From NCBI GenBank assembly GCA_963826785.1, contig CAWGYD010000006.1, positions 608,001 through 672,000 of the forward strand: DNA of 64,000 nt, written 5' to 3'. The stretch comes from an uncultured delta proteobacterium. GTDB taxonomy: Bacteria > Desulfobacterota > Desulfobacteria > Desulfobacterales > Desulfosalsimonadaceae. The translations under genes were made by a program, and so were the position numbers. The notes under the pieces are model-generated. The model saw nothing but the letters and a program-made list of their open reading frames with translations, did no database searches and was not told the DNA's origin. This document shows, in pieces, positions 49,182 through 59,224 of the stretch (position 1 is the first letter of the stretch; the number at the start of each line of letters is the position of its first letter).

Positions 49182-50610
49182 TTAAGCTCTTTTTCTTGAA
49201 CCGAAAAGCGTTCCAAAGATTTCCTCCTCAAGGTCTTCAAAAAACATGGCGCGGCCGACATCGCCCCGCAGGCGGCGGGCTTCCCGCATTCCCATGGCGC
49301 CCATCAATTCGATCAGCTGCAGGTGCCAGGCGGCAATCAGGTTCCGTGATGCGCCCGGTCGCCATAATCAAAATCCGATTTCTTCCAGCCGGGCGGGACA
49401 TATCACGCCGGGTGCGCAAGTGCCGCAGAGACGGCATTCCAGGGCGATCATAAAGGGCAGATAAGAAGATACCAGGTCGGCGCCGCAGAGCAGGGCCTTG
49501 GCCATGTGCTCCGGCAGTGCGATGCCGCTGCCGGCAATAAGCGTCACTTCGTCCCGCCTGCCCGCTTTGATCAGGGTCGTATGAATTTCGCGGATCATGT
49601 CCTTGATGAACCGGGGGCGCTTTGCGCCGATCTCATCCCCGTTGCAGTCCCCCGCCACATGGATCACTTCGGCCCCGGCGTCCGCCAGTTCAACGGCGCG
49701 ATCTGACCCCCTGCGCATCGAGTGCGACCCGCACCGAAACGATCATCCCGGGATGGGTCTTTTTCAGTGCCGCCATCTGCTCGAAAGTACATCCGCATGG
49801 TCCGGGTATTTCCACCAGCCGCGTTTTGCTAAGCACTTCTTCGGGCAGGTCCGGCGCATCCGGATTCAGGTGAAAGGCGATGTGGGGCAGATATTGATCC
49901 ATATCCGTCATCTGGAGATCTTTTCCGGCGATCGGCCATTTTCCCGAATCGATGATGGCGATCAGGTCGGTCTGCTTCACCGCTTCGATGATAAACGGCT
50001 CCAGCTGCGGCAGGGTGAATTCGGGCGGATTCATGTCGATGATCAGCGGCATGGGAATGTCGATGATGGCCGGCGGTTCCGCCACGTTTCGCCCCTCATC
50101 GAAATTGAGGTAGGACGGCTTTTTTCCGATATCCACCGAGGTGGAGATATATTCCCGCCCATGAATGCCGTCCCGGGTGGGCCGGACGATTTCGGACATG
50201 TCCGTCCACATGGCGTCAAATCCTTTGCCCGCGAATTTTCCCCGGTACCCCGCGCCGGAAACGGGTACGGATGCCGTTTCGGACTGCTGCCAGGTGCTGT
50301 GGATGATTTCCGGGGTCCAGTAATGGTTTCCCATCTGCTGGTATTCGGTGTTGATGGTCAGGCACAACAGGTTCTTGGTGCAGTTCTGCACACAGGAAAA
50401 ACAGCCCATGCACTCGAAAAACAGAAAATCCGTGAACTTGAGATTGCGGATGTACTCGGATTCCTGGCGGTGGCGGTCGTACACGCAGGCCTTCTTGACG
50501 CAGTTGTGGCACCGGGCGCAGTCTTCACGCCAGTCCACGATGCCGTGCTTTCCCACGCGGGGAAGCCGGGGCGGGACCGGGGTGGTCTTGATATGGTATT
50601 TTTCTGGCAT
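49182..50610 (-). CDS. Ferredoxin + degenerate glutamate-synthase FMN-domain paralog (frameshifted as given)
   Basis: CARCHNCVKKAC, CMGCFSCVQNC; WTDMSEIVRPTRDGIHGRE; KALLCGAD, ECRLC..C; WHLQLIELMGAMG. Confidence 0.8.
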
Positions 50611-50624
50611 TGTTTTCCCTCGAA

Positions 50625-50668
50625 ATCAAATCCCCCCTTGCCCCCCTTTTTACAAGGGGGGTAAAGGC
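50625..50668. repeat. REP-like intergenic repeat
   Basis: ATCAAATCCCCCCTTGCCCCCCTTTTTACAAGGGGGGTAAAGG; related copies at 53161-53256. Confidence 0.7.
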
Positions 50669-50675
50669 AAAAACC

Positions 50676-51587
50676 TTATGATAATCCCGCAGCCGAAAGG
50701 ATCTCCGGGACGCAACTCTCCCTGCCGCCGGAAAGGATATGGATGCCGCGCACCCCGTCCATCCCCTTGATCTTTTTGATCGTCTCGATGCAGATGGCCA
50801 TCCCCTCTCTGTTTTGCGATGCTTCATCGCCTGCGGCCGCCAGCCGTTCGATGACGGCATCGGGAATGGATACATCCGTATACTTTTTGCTCAGGCGCTT
50901 GGCTTCATCCGCGCCGGAAAGCGGCATGACGCCCGCGATGATGGCGGCCTTTTCCGTAATTCCCTGGCTGCGGGCTTCTTTCAGCCAGTCGGAAAAAGTG
51001 TCCGTGTCGAACACGGCCTGGGTCTGGATGAACCGGGCGCCGGCGGCCACTTTTTTGGAAAGGCGCAGGATATTGAGCGCAAGCGGTTTCATGTCCGGGC
51101 CGGCCGCCGCGCCGATGAGCATGGAAAACGGCCCCTTGATGGTGCTCCCGTCCAGGAGAAGCCCTTCTTCGCACATCTTTTTCACCGCGGCAATCAGCTG
51201 GATCGAGTCGATGTCATAGACACTGGCGGACTGGCGGCTTTCCGTGAGCGACGGGTGATGCCCGGAAAGGCACAACAGGTTTTTAATCCCTAAAGCCGCT
51301 GCGCCCAGAAGATCCGACTGGAGCGCAATCCGGTTCCGGTCCCGGGTGACCATCTGGTAGACCGGCGCCACACCGCTTCTGCCCAGGATCACGGCGCCGG
51401 CAAGGCTGGACATGATGGGACCGTGGGGATTGTCCGCGACATTGACGGCCGCCAGGCCGTTTTTAAAAAATCCGGCACACGTTTCGATCGCCTTCTCCTC
51501 TCCGCCTGCGGGCGGGAGCAGTTCAGCCGTCACGATAAACTCGCCGTTGTGGATCTTGTCTGCCAGATTGCCGTTTTCTCGGGTCAT
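50676..51587 (-). CDS. metF: Methylenetetrahydrofolate reductase
   Basis: TAELLPP, NVADNP, TRDRNRIALQSD, FIQTQ, GIHI; intact ORF. Confidence 0.9.
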   Translation of the reverse strand: MTRENGNLADKIHNGEFIVTAELLPPAGGEEKAIETCAGFFKNGLAAVNVADNPHGPIMSSLAGAVILGRSGVAPVYQMVTRDRNRIALQSDLLGAAALGIKNLLCLSGHHPSLTESRQSASVYDIDSIQLIAAVKKMCEEGLLLDGSTIKGPFSMLIGAAAGPDMKPLALNILRLSKKVAAGARFIQTQAVFDTDTFSDWLKEARSQGITEKAAIIAGVMPLSGADEAKRLSKKYTDVSIPDAVIERLAAAGDEASQNREGMAICIETIKKIKGMDGVRGIHILSGGRESCVPEILSAAGLS

Positions 51588-51595
51588 ATGATCTC

Positions 51596-51988
51596 CTATT
51601 GCTGATTCCCTATCGATTCGCGCAATGCGTTTATTTCTTTAATCACCTGTGGGATGCCGTCCTTGCTTGTTTTCCGGACCACCCGGATGCGCCCCCGGTC
51701 CAGGCCCGATTCCGCAAGAAGGGCATCCACGGCGTCGGCGCGTTTTTGCGCGCGGAGGTTGCCTTCGAGAAATTTGCAGTCCCCATCCCCGCAGGTGACC
51801 AGCATCACGGCGTCGGCGCCCTTTTCAAAGGCCTTGAGCAGATACAGCAGGTTCACTTTTCCGGAGCAGGGAAGGCTGACGATGGTTAATTCGCATTTTC
51901 CCGATTCGAAGCTTTGTCTGAGCGCATTTGCATCCAGGCTGTTTGCGCAGTAGAACAGGGATAATTGCAGTGGCTTGTCATTCATCAT
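51596..51988 (-). CDS. MvhD-like iron-sulfur subunit, divergent copy
   Basis: LPCSGKV, AFEKGAD, CGDGDCKFLEGN. Confidence 0.8.
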   Translation of the reverse strand: MMNDKPLQLSLFYCANSLDANALRQSFESGKCELTIVSLPCSGKVNLLYLLKAFEKGADAVMLVTCGDGDCKFLEGNLRAQKRADAVDALLAESGLDRGRIRVVRKTSKDGIPQVIKEINALRESIGNQQ

Positions 51989-52006
51989 GGATATCCCGGG
52001 CAATGG

Positions 52007-52675
52007 CTAAATTTTGTGGTCTTCACGGACAATCTCCGCGGCATCCGCCGGAAAGGCTCGGCTCCCAGTTTTTGGGCGGCTCGATGGCGTTTAGCCGGTC
52101 CAACTGCCCGATATTTTTCAGGCGCTGGTAGATCAGCTGCCAGGCGCAGGGCCGGTCCGGGCGCACTTCGCAGCGGTCTTCGCGTGATCCGCCGCAGGGG
52201 CCGTTGAGCATGTGTTTGGCACACCGGGTGACCGGGCAGATCCCCCCGAACTGGTGCAGGACGCAGTCGCCGCAGGCCGCGCATTTCTCGGTCCACACGC
52301 CCCTTTCTTCCAGGATGCCCAGAAAGGCGGTATTGAGCCCCGCATAAACGGGCTTGTCGGCAAAACGCTCGGCAATGGCCTGGACACCGGCGCCGCATCC
52401 CAGGGAAAGCACGGCCTCGTTTCGCCCGATGGCCTCGGCCGCCGCTTCGATAAAGACATTGTCGCACTGGCGCTCGATGGTGAGCTCTTCCACTGAAAGG
52501 CCCAGGTCTTCACCGTGGAGGCGATCCGCAGGGCCGAGGAGATGATGGACACCTCGCGCTCTCCGCCGGCCAGGCAGACGGTCACGCACGTACCGCACCC
52601 CAGTACCAGTATTTTTTTATACCCCTGAAGGATTTCGACCAGCTCGGGGATGGATTTTCTTTCCGCTACGATCAT
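52007..52675 (-). CDS. metV: MetV (MTHFR small Fe-S/Zn subunit), frameshifted as given
   Basis: [46 protein letters not shown]. Confidence 0.85.
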
Positions 52676-53121
52676 GAATGGGTCTCCTGTTTCATGGATG
52701 TGTGGGCAGGATTGGATCTGACGGGGTTGGGCCCGAGACTGCGGACGGTTTCGATCATGTCGACGACGATCTCGACAAAGCGGCGGGCGTCTGCCGCGCC
52801 GATGTTCACCATCCGCAGGCGTTCTTTTTCGAATCCGGCTTCGGCCAGAATCGCGCGGGCATAATCGACCCGGCGCTTGGCCATGAAGTTGCCTTCGATA
52901 AAATGGCAGCTGCCTTCCTCGCACCCGGCCACGAGAACCCCGTCGGCCCCGTTTTCAAAGGCCCGCATAAAATATTCCACTTCCAGCTTGCCGGTGCAGG
53001 GCGTCCGGATAATCCGGATGTTGGGGGGGTACTGCAGTCGCATGGAACCTGACAGGTCCGCGGAGGAATAGGCTCAGTAATGGCAGCAGAAGGCCACGAT
53101 TTTCGGTTCGAAATTTTCCAT
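52672..53121 (-). CDS. mvhD: MvhD/FlxD-type iron-sulfur subunit, selenoprotein
   Basis: [18 protein letters not shown](53074-53076)[16 protein letters not shown] in frame with [17 protein letters not shown]. Confidence 0.88.
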
Positions 53122-53160
53122 GGGTTTCCTGATATTTGCTTTTTTTAGCAATTGGGTTTC

Positions 53161-53256
53161 GGCCTTTCTCCCCCCCTTTTTTTCAAAGGGGGGCGGGGGG
53201 GATTTTTTGTAGTGCGATCAAATCCCCCTGAATCCCCCTTTGAAAAGGGGGACTTT
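53161..53256. repeat. Two back-to-back REP-like repeats
   Basis: Inverted pair, each AAATCCCCC-N-CCCCCTTT-GAAA-AGGGGG-like. Confidence 0.7.
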
Positions 53257-53280
53257 GGACCCCGGTTCTCCGGGGATTTT

Positions 53281-56200
53281 TTAATTCGCTATCCGTTCAT
53301 TACACGAAAACAGGTCGTCCAACATGATGTTGAAGTGCCGGGCCTCGAAATGGTTCAGCTGGATGGCCCGGGCCGGGCATTCGGATGCGCAGATGCCGCA
53401 CCCCATGCACTTGGCGGCCGCGATTTCCGCCTTATGGTCGCGGTTGACAAACGGCGCCCCATAGGGGCAGGAGTGGACGCAGGTCATGCACGAAATGCAT
53501 TTTGACTGGTCCACCCGGGAAACCTGGGCGCCGACTTCCAGATGCGTCTTTGACAGCACGGTGGCGGCTCTGGCCGCCGCGGCCCGGGCCTGGGAGATGT
53601 TCTCGTCCATGAACTTGGGCGAGTGGGCCAGCCCGCACAGGAAGATCCCTTCACTGGCGAAATCCACCGGCCGCAGCTTCAGGTGGGCCTCCACGAAAAA
53701 GCCGTCCGGCGTTTAACGGCACCTTGAGCATGTTCGACAGGGCGTGATTGGCCGGCGCGGGCGAAATCCCCGTGCTCAGGACCACATGGTCCGCCTCGAT
53801 CTCGATGGGCTCGGGGAAATCCGGGCTGTGAAGCGCCACCAGAAGCCCGTTGTCGTCTGTCACCACCGGCGGTTTTGCCTCATCATAGCGGATGAACACC
53901 ACCCCGGCCCGGCGGGCCGTCTTGTAATATTTCTCCCGGAACCCGTAGGTCCGGATATCCCGGTAGAGGACGAAGATGTTCGCATCCGGGTTTTTCTTTT
54001 TGATGGCCAGCGCATTCTTGACCGCCATGGAGCAGCAGATCCGGCTGCAGTAGGCGCGCTCGTCGTTGCGCGATCCCACGCACTGGATCATGACGATGTT
54101 TTTGCCGGCGCCGTCAAATGTCTGATCATGCAGACCCTTTTCCAGTTCCACCTGGGTGATCACGCTTGGGGATGCATCGATGCGGTACTCGGAAGTTTCT
54201 GCCATGTCCGCCCCGGTGGCCACGATGATGGCGCCGCAGGGGACCTCGACGGGTTCACCGCCGTTTTGAGACAGTTTTGCGGAAAACTTGCCCACATGCC
54301 CGGCAATGCCGGCCACTGCCGTTTCCAGGTGAAGTATCACATGGGGATGTGTTTTGACTTTTTGAACCAGGGAATCGGTGAAATCCGATATCGCCTCGTG
54401 CTCCAGGGTGCCGTGGATGTCGCGCAGATGACCGCCGAGAGATGCGGTCTTCTCCACCAGGTGCACCTTGAAGCCCTGCTCCGCCAGGGACAGGGCCGCG
54501 GTCATGCCGCTCAAGCCGCCCCCGATGACCAGGCCCAGTTGGTTGATGGCAAGCGTTTCCCCCAGCTGGGGGGAAAGATGCCGGGCCCGGGCAATGGACA
54601 TGCGCACCAGTTCGATGGCTTTTTGGGTGGCCGCTTCCGGCTGGGATGCGTGCACCCAGGAGCACTGATCCCGGATATTGGAAAGATCGAACAGGTAGGG
54701 GTTTAGGCCCGCTTCCCGCAGGGTTTCCCGGAACAGGGGCTCATGGGTCCGGGGGGTGCAGGAGGCCACCACGATCCGGTTGAGCCGGTGGGCGGCAATG
54801 GCCTCCTTGACCGACGAGAGGCTGGCATCGGAGCAGGCATACATGGAGTGGGTGGCAAAGATGACGTCGGGATCGTGCTCGATGGCCGCGGTCACCTTTT
54901 CCACATCCACGGTGGAGGCGATATTGATGCCGCAGTGGCAGACAAACACGCCGATTCTGGGCTTCTCATCGGTGATATCGCGTTCCTGCGGATACTCCCG
55001 TTTGGCGACGAGCGTGTTGCGGGCTTTCCCCAGCAGTTCCATGGCCATGGAGGCCGCGCCGCTGGCCTGGGTGACGGTTTCGGGAATATCCTTGGGCTCC
55101 TGGAACACGCCGGCCACAAAGATGCCCGGCCGGGAGGTTTCAAGGGGGGAGAAGCGGTCCGTGGCGGCAAATCCGTATTCGTTGAGCGCGATGCCAAGGC
55201 GTGAAATCGGTTCGGAAACCGTTCTTTTGGGGTCGAGCCCCACAGACAGGACCACCAGGTCGAACTCCCGTTCTTTAATCCCCTCGCCGGTCATAAACCG
55301 CAGCCGAAGGTCCTTGGTGCCGGGAATCTCCAGGACCCGGGAGGGAATGGCTCTTGATATAACGGATGTTGCCCTGGCTTTTGGCGCGTTCGTAATACTG
55401 GTCGAAGTCTTTGCCGAAGGCCCGGATATCCATGTAGAAGATGGCGGCTTCAAGACCGTCGACATGCTCGCCGGCCACCAGGGCCTGCTTGGTGGCGGCC
55501 ATGCAGCAGATGGAGGAGCAGTATTCCTTTTCGCACCGCAAATCCCGGGACCCCACGCACTGGATAAAGGCGATGCGCCGGGCTTCGCGCCGGTCGGAGG
55601 GGCGCAGCACATGGCCGGCAAAGGGCCCGGCGGCTGACAGCATCCGCTCGAACTGGACGCTGGTGAGGACGTTGGCATACCGGCCGAAACCGTATTCGCC
55701 TTTGAGCTCGGCCTCAAATTCCTGAAAACCGGGGGCCAGGATGACCGAGCCGACCTCAAGGGCGATCACTTCTTCTTTCATGGCGTGGTCGATGGCCTCT
55801 TTCTCGCAGGCATCCACGCACGCGCCGCATTCGGAGCAAATGGCGCAGTTTAGACACCGCTCGCTTTCCGCCATGGCCTGATCTTCAGAAAAGGCCGTGC
55901 TCGATTTCCGAAAAATCACGGATGCGCTGGGTTACCGGCAGTTCATCGGCTGCGGCCCGCGGCGTTTTTTCTATGCCTTTGGCCGACGGCAGCAGCTTTT
56001 CCGGCACCGGTTGGAGGGTATCGGCAAACCGCGGCGTTTCCGGGTTGACGCCCCGGACATAGCGGTCGATGGATTCGGCGGCCCGCTTTCCCGCAGCCAC
56101 CGCTTCAATCACCGTGGAAGGCCCGGTGACGATATCCCCCCCGGCAAAGATGCCCGGGATTTCGGTGACGCAGTTGGCATCGGCGATGATGTTTCCCCAG

Positions 56201-57753
56201 GCGTTCACCTTCAGGTCGTGCGCCGCATCGGAAAGCGAGGTATCCGGCTGGCTGCCGATGGCCAGGATCGCCGTGTCCGCGCTCATCTCGAATTCGGACC
56301 CCGGCTCCGGAACCGGCCGTCGGCGCCCGGATGCATCCGGTTCGCCAAGCGTCATCCGGATGCACTTTACCCGGCCCAGCCGGCCGTCGGCGCCGGCGAC
56401 AAATTCCACGGGATTGGTGAGAAACGCAAACCTCACCCCTTCGTCAACGGCATGCCGGATCTCTTCCGGAATGGCGGGGAGTTCGTTTTTGCTCCGGCGA
56501 TAGACGATGGTGACCTTGTCCGCGCCCAGCCGGACGGCGCAGCAGGCGGCATCCATGGCCACGTCCCCGCCGCCGACCACGATCACATGCCCGTTAAGGG
56601 ATGGCTTGTTGTCGGTGGTGCTGGCCCGGTAAAGAAATTCAAGCCCCTGGACCACCCCGGGCAGGTCATCCCCCTTGACCTTTATGGGCGTGCCCTTCTG
56701 GGTGCCGATGCCCACAAATACGGCCTGGTGATCGTTGCGCAGTTGTTCGAAAGAGATGTCTTTGCCCACCCGGCAATTGTAAACAAAGGAGACCCCTTTT
56801 CGCCGGATCAGTTCGACTTCGTAGTCGAGGATGTCCGCCGGGAGGCGGTAGTCCGGGATGCCCCACCGGAGCATGCCGCCCGCAGCCGGCGATGCCTCAT
56901 ACACGCTCACGGCATACCCCCGGTCGGCCAGATCCTGGGCCGCCGTTAAACCCGAGGGGCCGGCGCCGATCACCGCGATTTTTGCAGCATCCGATGCCGG
57001 AATTTTTTCTTCGGGAAGAGCGATCTCCCCCGAGGCTACCAACTCCATTTCTTTGTCTGAGGCAAAGCGCTTCAGCTGCCGGATGGCCACCGCTGAATCG
57101 ACATTTTTCCGGGTGCAGGCACTCTCGCAGGGATGGGTGCAGACCCGGCCGCAGATGGCGGAGAGCGGGTTGCGCTCCCGGATCAGCCGGACCGCCTTGA
57201 CGTATTCCTTTTTTTTGATGAGCTGGATATACCCCTGAACGTTGATGTTTGCCGGGCATGCGGTCTTGCAGGGGGCGTGTCCGAGTTTGAGGATGCCCAC
57301 CTTGTTGGGCACCGCCTGGGGCGAATACTTGGCGATGGCCTTGCGCCTGCCCAGGTTCCGGTTAAACCGGTCATCGAGCTCAACCGGGCAGACCGGGGAG
57401 CAGTCCCCGCAGTCGTTGCAGATCTTCGGGTCGACATAGCTGGGGGATTTTTTGACGGTTGCCGTGAAACGGCCGGGCTCGCCTTCGACGTTGAGCAGCT
57501 CCGAGTAATTCAGGATTTCGATGTTCAGGTTGCGGGCGCACTCCACCAGTTTGGGGGAGACGATGCAGGTGGCGCAGTCGCCCGTGGGAAACGTCTTGTC
57601 CAGGTGGGACATCATGCCCCCGATGGCCCCGCCGCGTTCGACCAGGTAGACCTTGAATCCCGAGTTGGCCAGATCGAGGGATGCCTGGACCCCGGCGATT
57701 CCGCCTCCCTGCACCAGCACCGCGCCGGTGGGTTTTTTTTCATTTTCGACCAT
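53281..57753 (-). CDS. hdrA: Large HdrA-like flavoprotein with inserted GltD-type NAD(P)H module (HdrL-like); 3 frameshifts as given
   Basis: GGGIAG, LDKTFPT.DC, CPANIN..GY, CGRVCTHPCE, GGGDVAMD/YRRS, IQCVGSR twice, YCS.ICC twice, CHCGINI, IRDQCSWVH; shifts near 55920, 55350, 53705. Confidence 0.9.
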
Positions 57754-57757
57754 GATA

Positions 57758-58655
57758 TTAAATGTTCCTTGAAATCGTCTGGGCAGTTGCGTTCACGGCA
57801 TTGATGATTTTCGACGGGGAGACCACCAGCTTGTTCAGGCCGAGCCGGTCCGGTGATATGCCCAGGCACAAACCGATCAGCTGGCGTGATATAGATCACC
57901 GGCATGTCATAGCGCCGCCCGGTGGTTTTTTGAATATCGATCTGCCGGAGGTCCAGGTTCACCTGGCACAAGGGGCAGGCCACGGCGATGCAGTCGGCCC
58001 CCGCGGCCTTGGCCATGCCGATAATCGCATCGGACAAGCTCACCACGAGATCGGATCGGGTGGTCAGGGACAGGCTGTTTCCGCAGCATTCCACCTTGCC
58101 GGGCCAGTCCAGGCTTTGTCCGCCCAGGGCCGTGACCAGGGTGTCTATCGACCGGGGGTTTTCCGGGTCGTCGAAACGGGTGACCTCGTGGGGCCGGACC
58201 AGCAGGCACCCGTAATAAGAGGCCACCTTGAATCCGTTCAAGGGGCGGGTGATTGCTTTTTCAAGAAAATCCATGCCGCAGTCTTCGAAAAGCACTTCCA
58301 TCAGATGCTTTACCTTGACCGAACCGTCGTAATCCCGGCCGATGGCATCGGCGATTTTGGCGCGCATGCCCGGATGGTTTTCGATTTCGTAATTTGCCGT
58401 TTTCAGACGGTTGTAGCAGGCGGCGCAGTTCACCACCACATCGAGGCCCATGTCTTTGGCCAGCACCAGGTTCGCCGCCGAAAGACTCGCCGCCAGATAA
58501 CGGTCGGTCTGGTGTCCCGGCGTGGCGCCGCAGCAGGACCAGCCCTTGATTTCGATCATGTCGATGCCCAGCGCCCGGGCCACGGCGAGGCTGGATGCAT
58601 GCTGGTCGCGGGCGGACGATTCCGAGGAACACCCGGGATAATAGGCATATTTCAT
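57758..58655 (-). CDS. hdrB: Heterodisulfide reductase subunit B (one frameshift near 57885)
   Basis: YYPGCS, SCCG, CAAC, YYGC, ECCG, ACPLC. Confidence 0.92.
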
Positions 58656-59215
58656 TATAAAATTTCCTTGTTTTGCCTGACTTTGGCAAATATCCGCTTC
58701 ACCGTTTTCCGGTTGGGGCTCCAGGAGGGAAGGATGGCGATTTTTTTCTTCCTGAAGATGACGGGGATCTTGTCCGAGTCCCGTCCGTAGGAGGAAGTGC
58801 CGCTTTTATACAGGGCCATCAGCCCCAGATCATAGGTGCGGCCGAAAATCTTGACGGTCTTGAGAAAAGCCCGGTTGAACAGCGGGATGTTGCCTTCCGG
58901 GACGGCGGCGTTTCGCTCGACGGCCAGTTTGCGCAGCACATCCATGACCGACACCAGATCGATCCCCATGGGGCAGCGGGCATGGCAGGTTTCACACGAG
59001 ACGCACGTCCAGATCAGGCTGTTTGAAAGCAGTTCATTGCCGGCGCCCAGCTGCAGGCGGCGGATCAGTTCGGAAGGGGGAGACGGGACATGGCCTGAAA
59101 CGGTGCACCCGCATGAACATTTACGGCATTGATAGCAAAGACCGATATCCACGCCGGACATCTTTGCCACCGTATCGCGTATCCCTGTTTGGCCTTTTTT
59201 GATTCGAATCGTCAT
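58655..59215 (-). CDS. hdrC: Heterodisulfide reductase subunit C
   Basis: CYQCRKCSCGC and WTCVSCETCHARCP. Confidence 0.92.
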   Translation of the reverse strand: MTIRIKKGQTGIRDTVAKMSGVDIGLCYQCRKCSCGCTVSGHVPSPPSELIRRLQLGAGNELLSNSLIWTCVSCETCHARCPMGIDLVSVMDVLRKLAVERNAAVPEGNIPLFNRAFLKTVKIFGRTYDLGLMALYKSGTSSYGRDSDKIPVIFRKKKIAILPSWSPNRKTVKRIFAKVRQNKEIL

Positions 59216-59224
59216 ATGATCATC

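Noticed and set aside
49368..49370. In-frame TGA as a second selenocysteine
   Set aside because: Removing three single-base insertions gives GFDYGTGRITNL; not a Cys position, so an indel artefact
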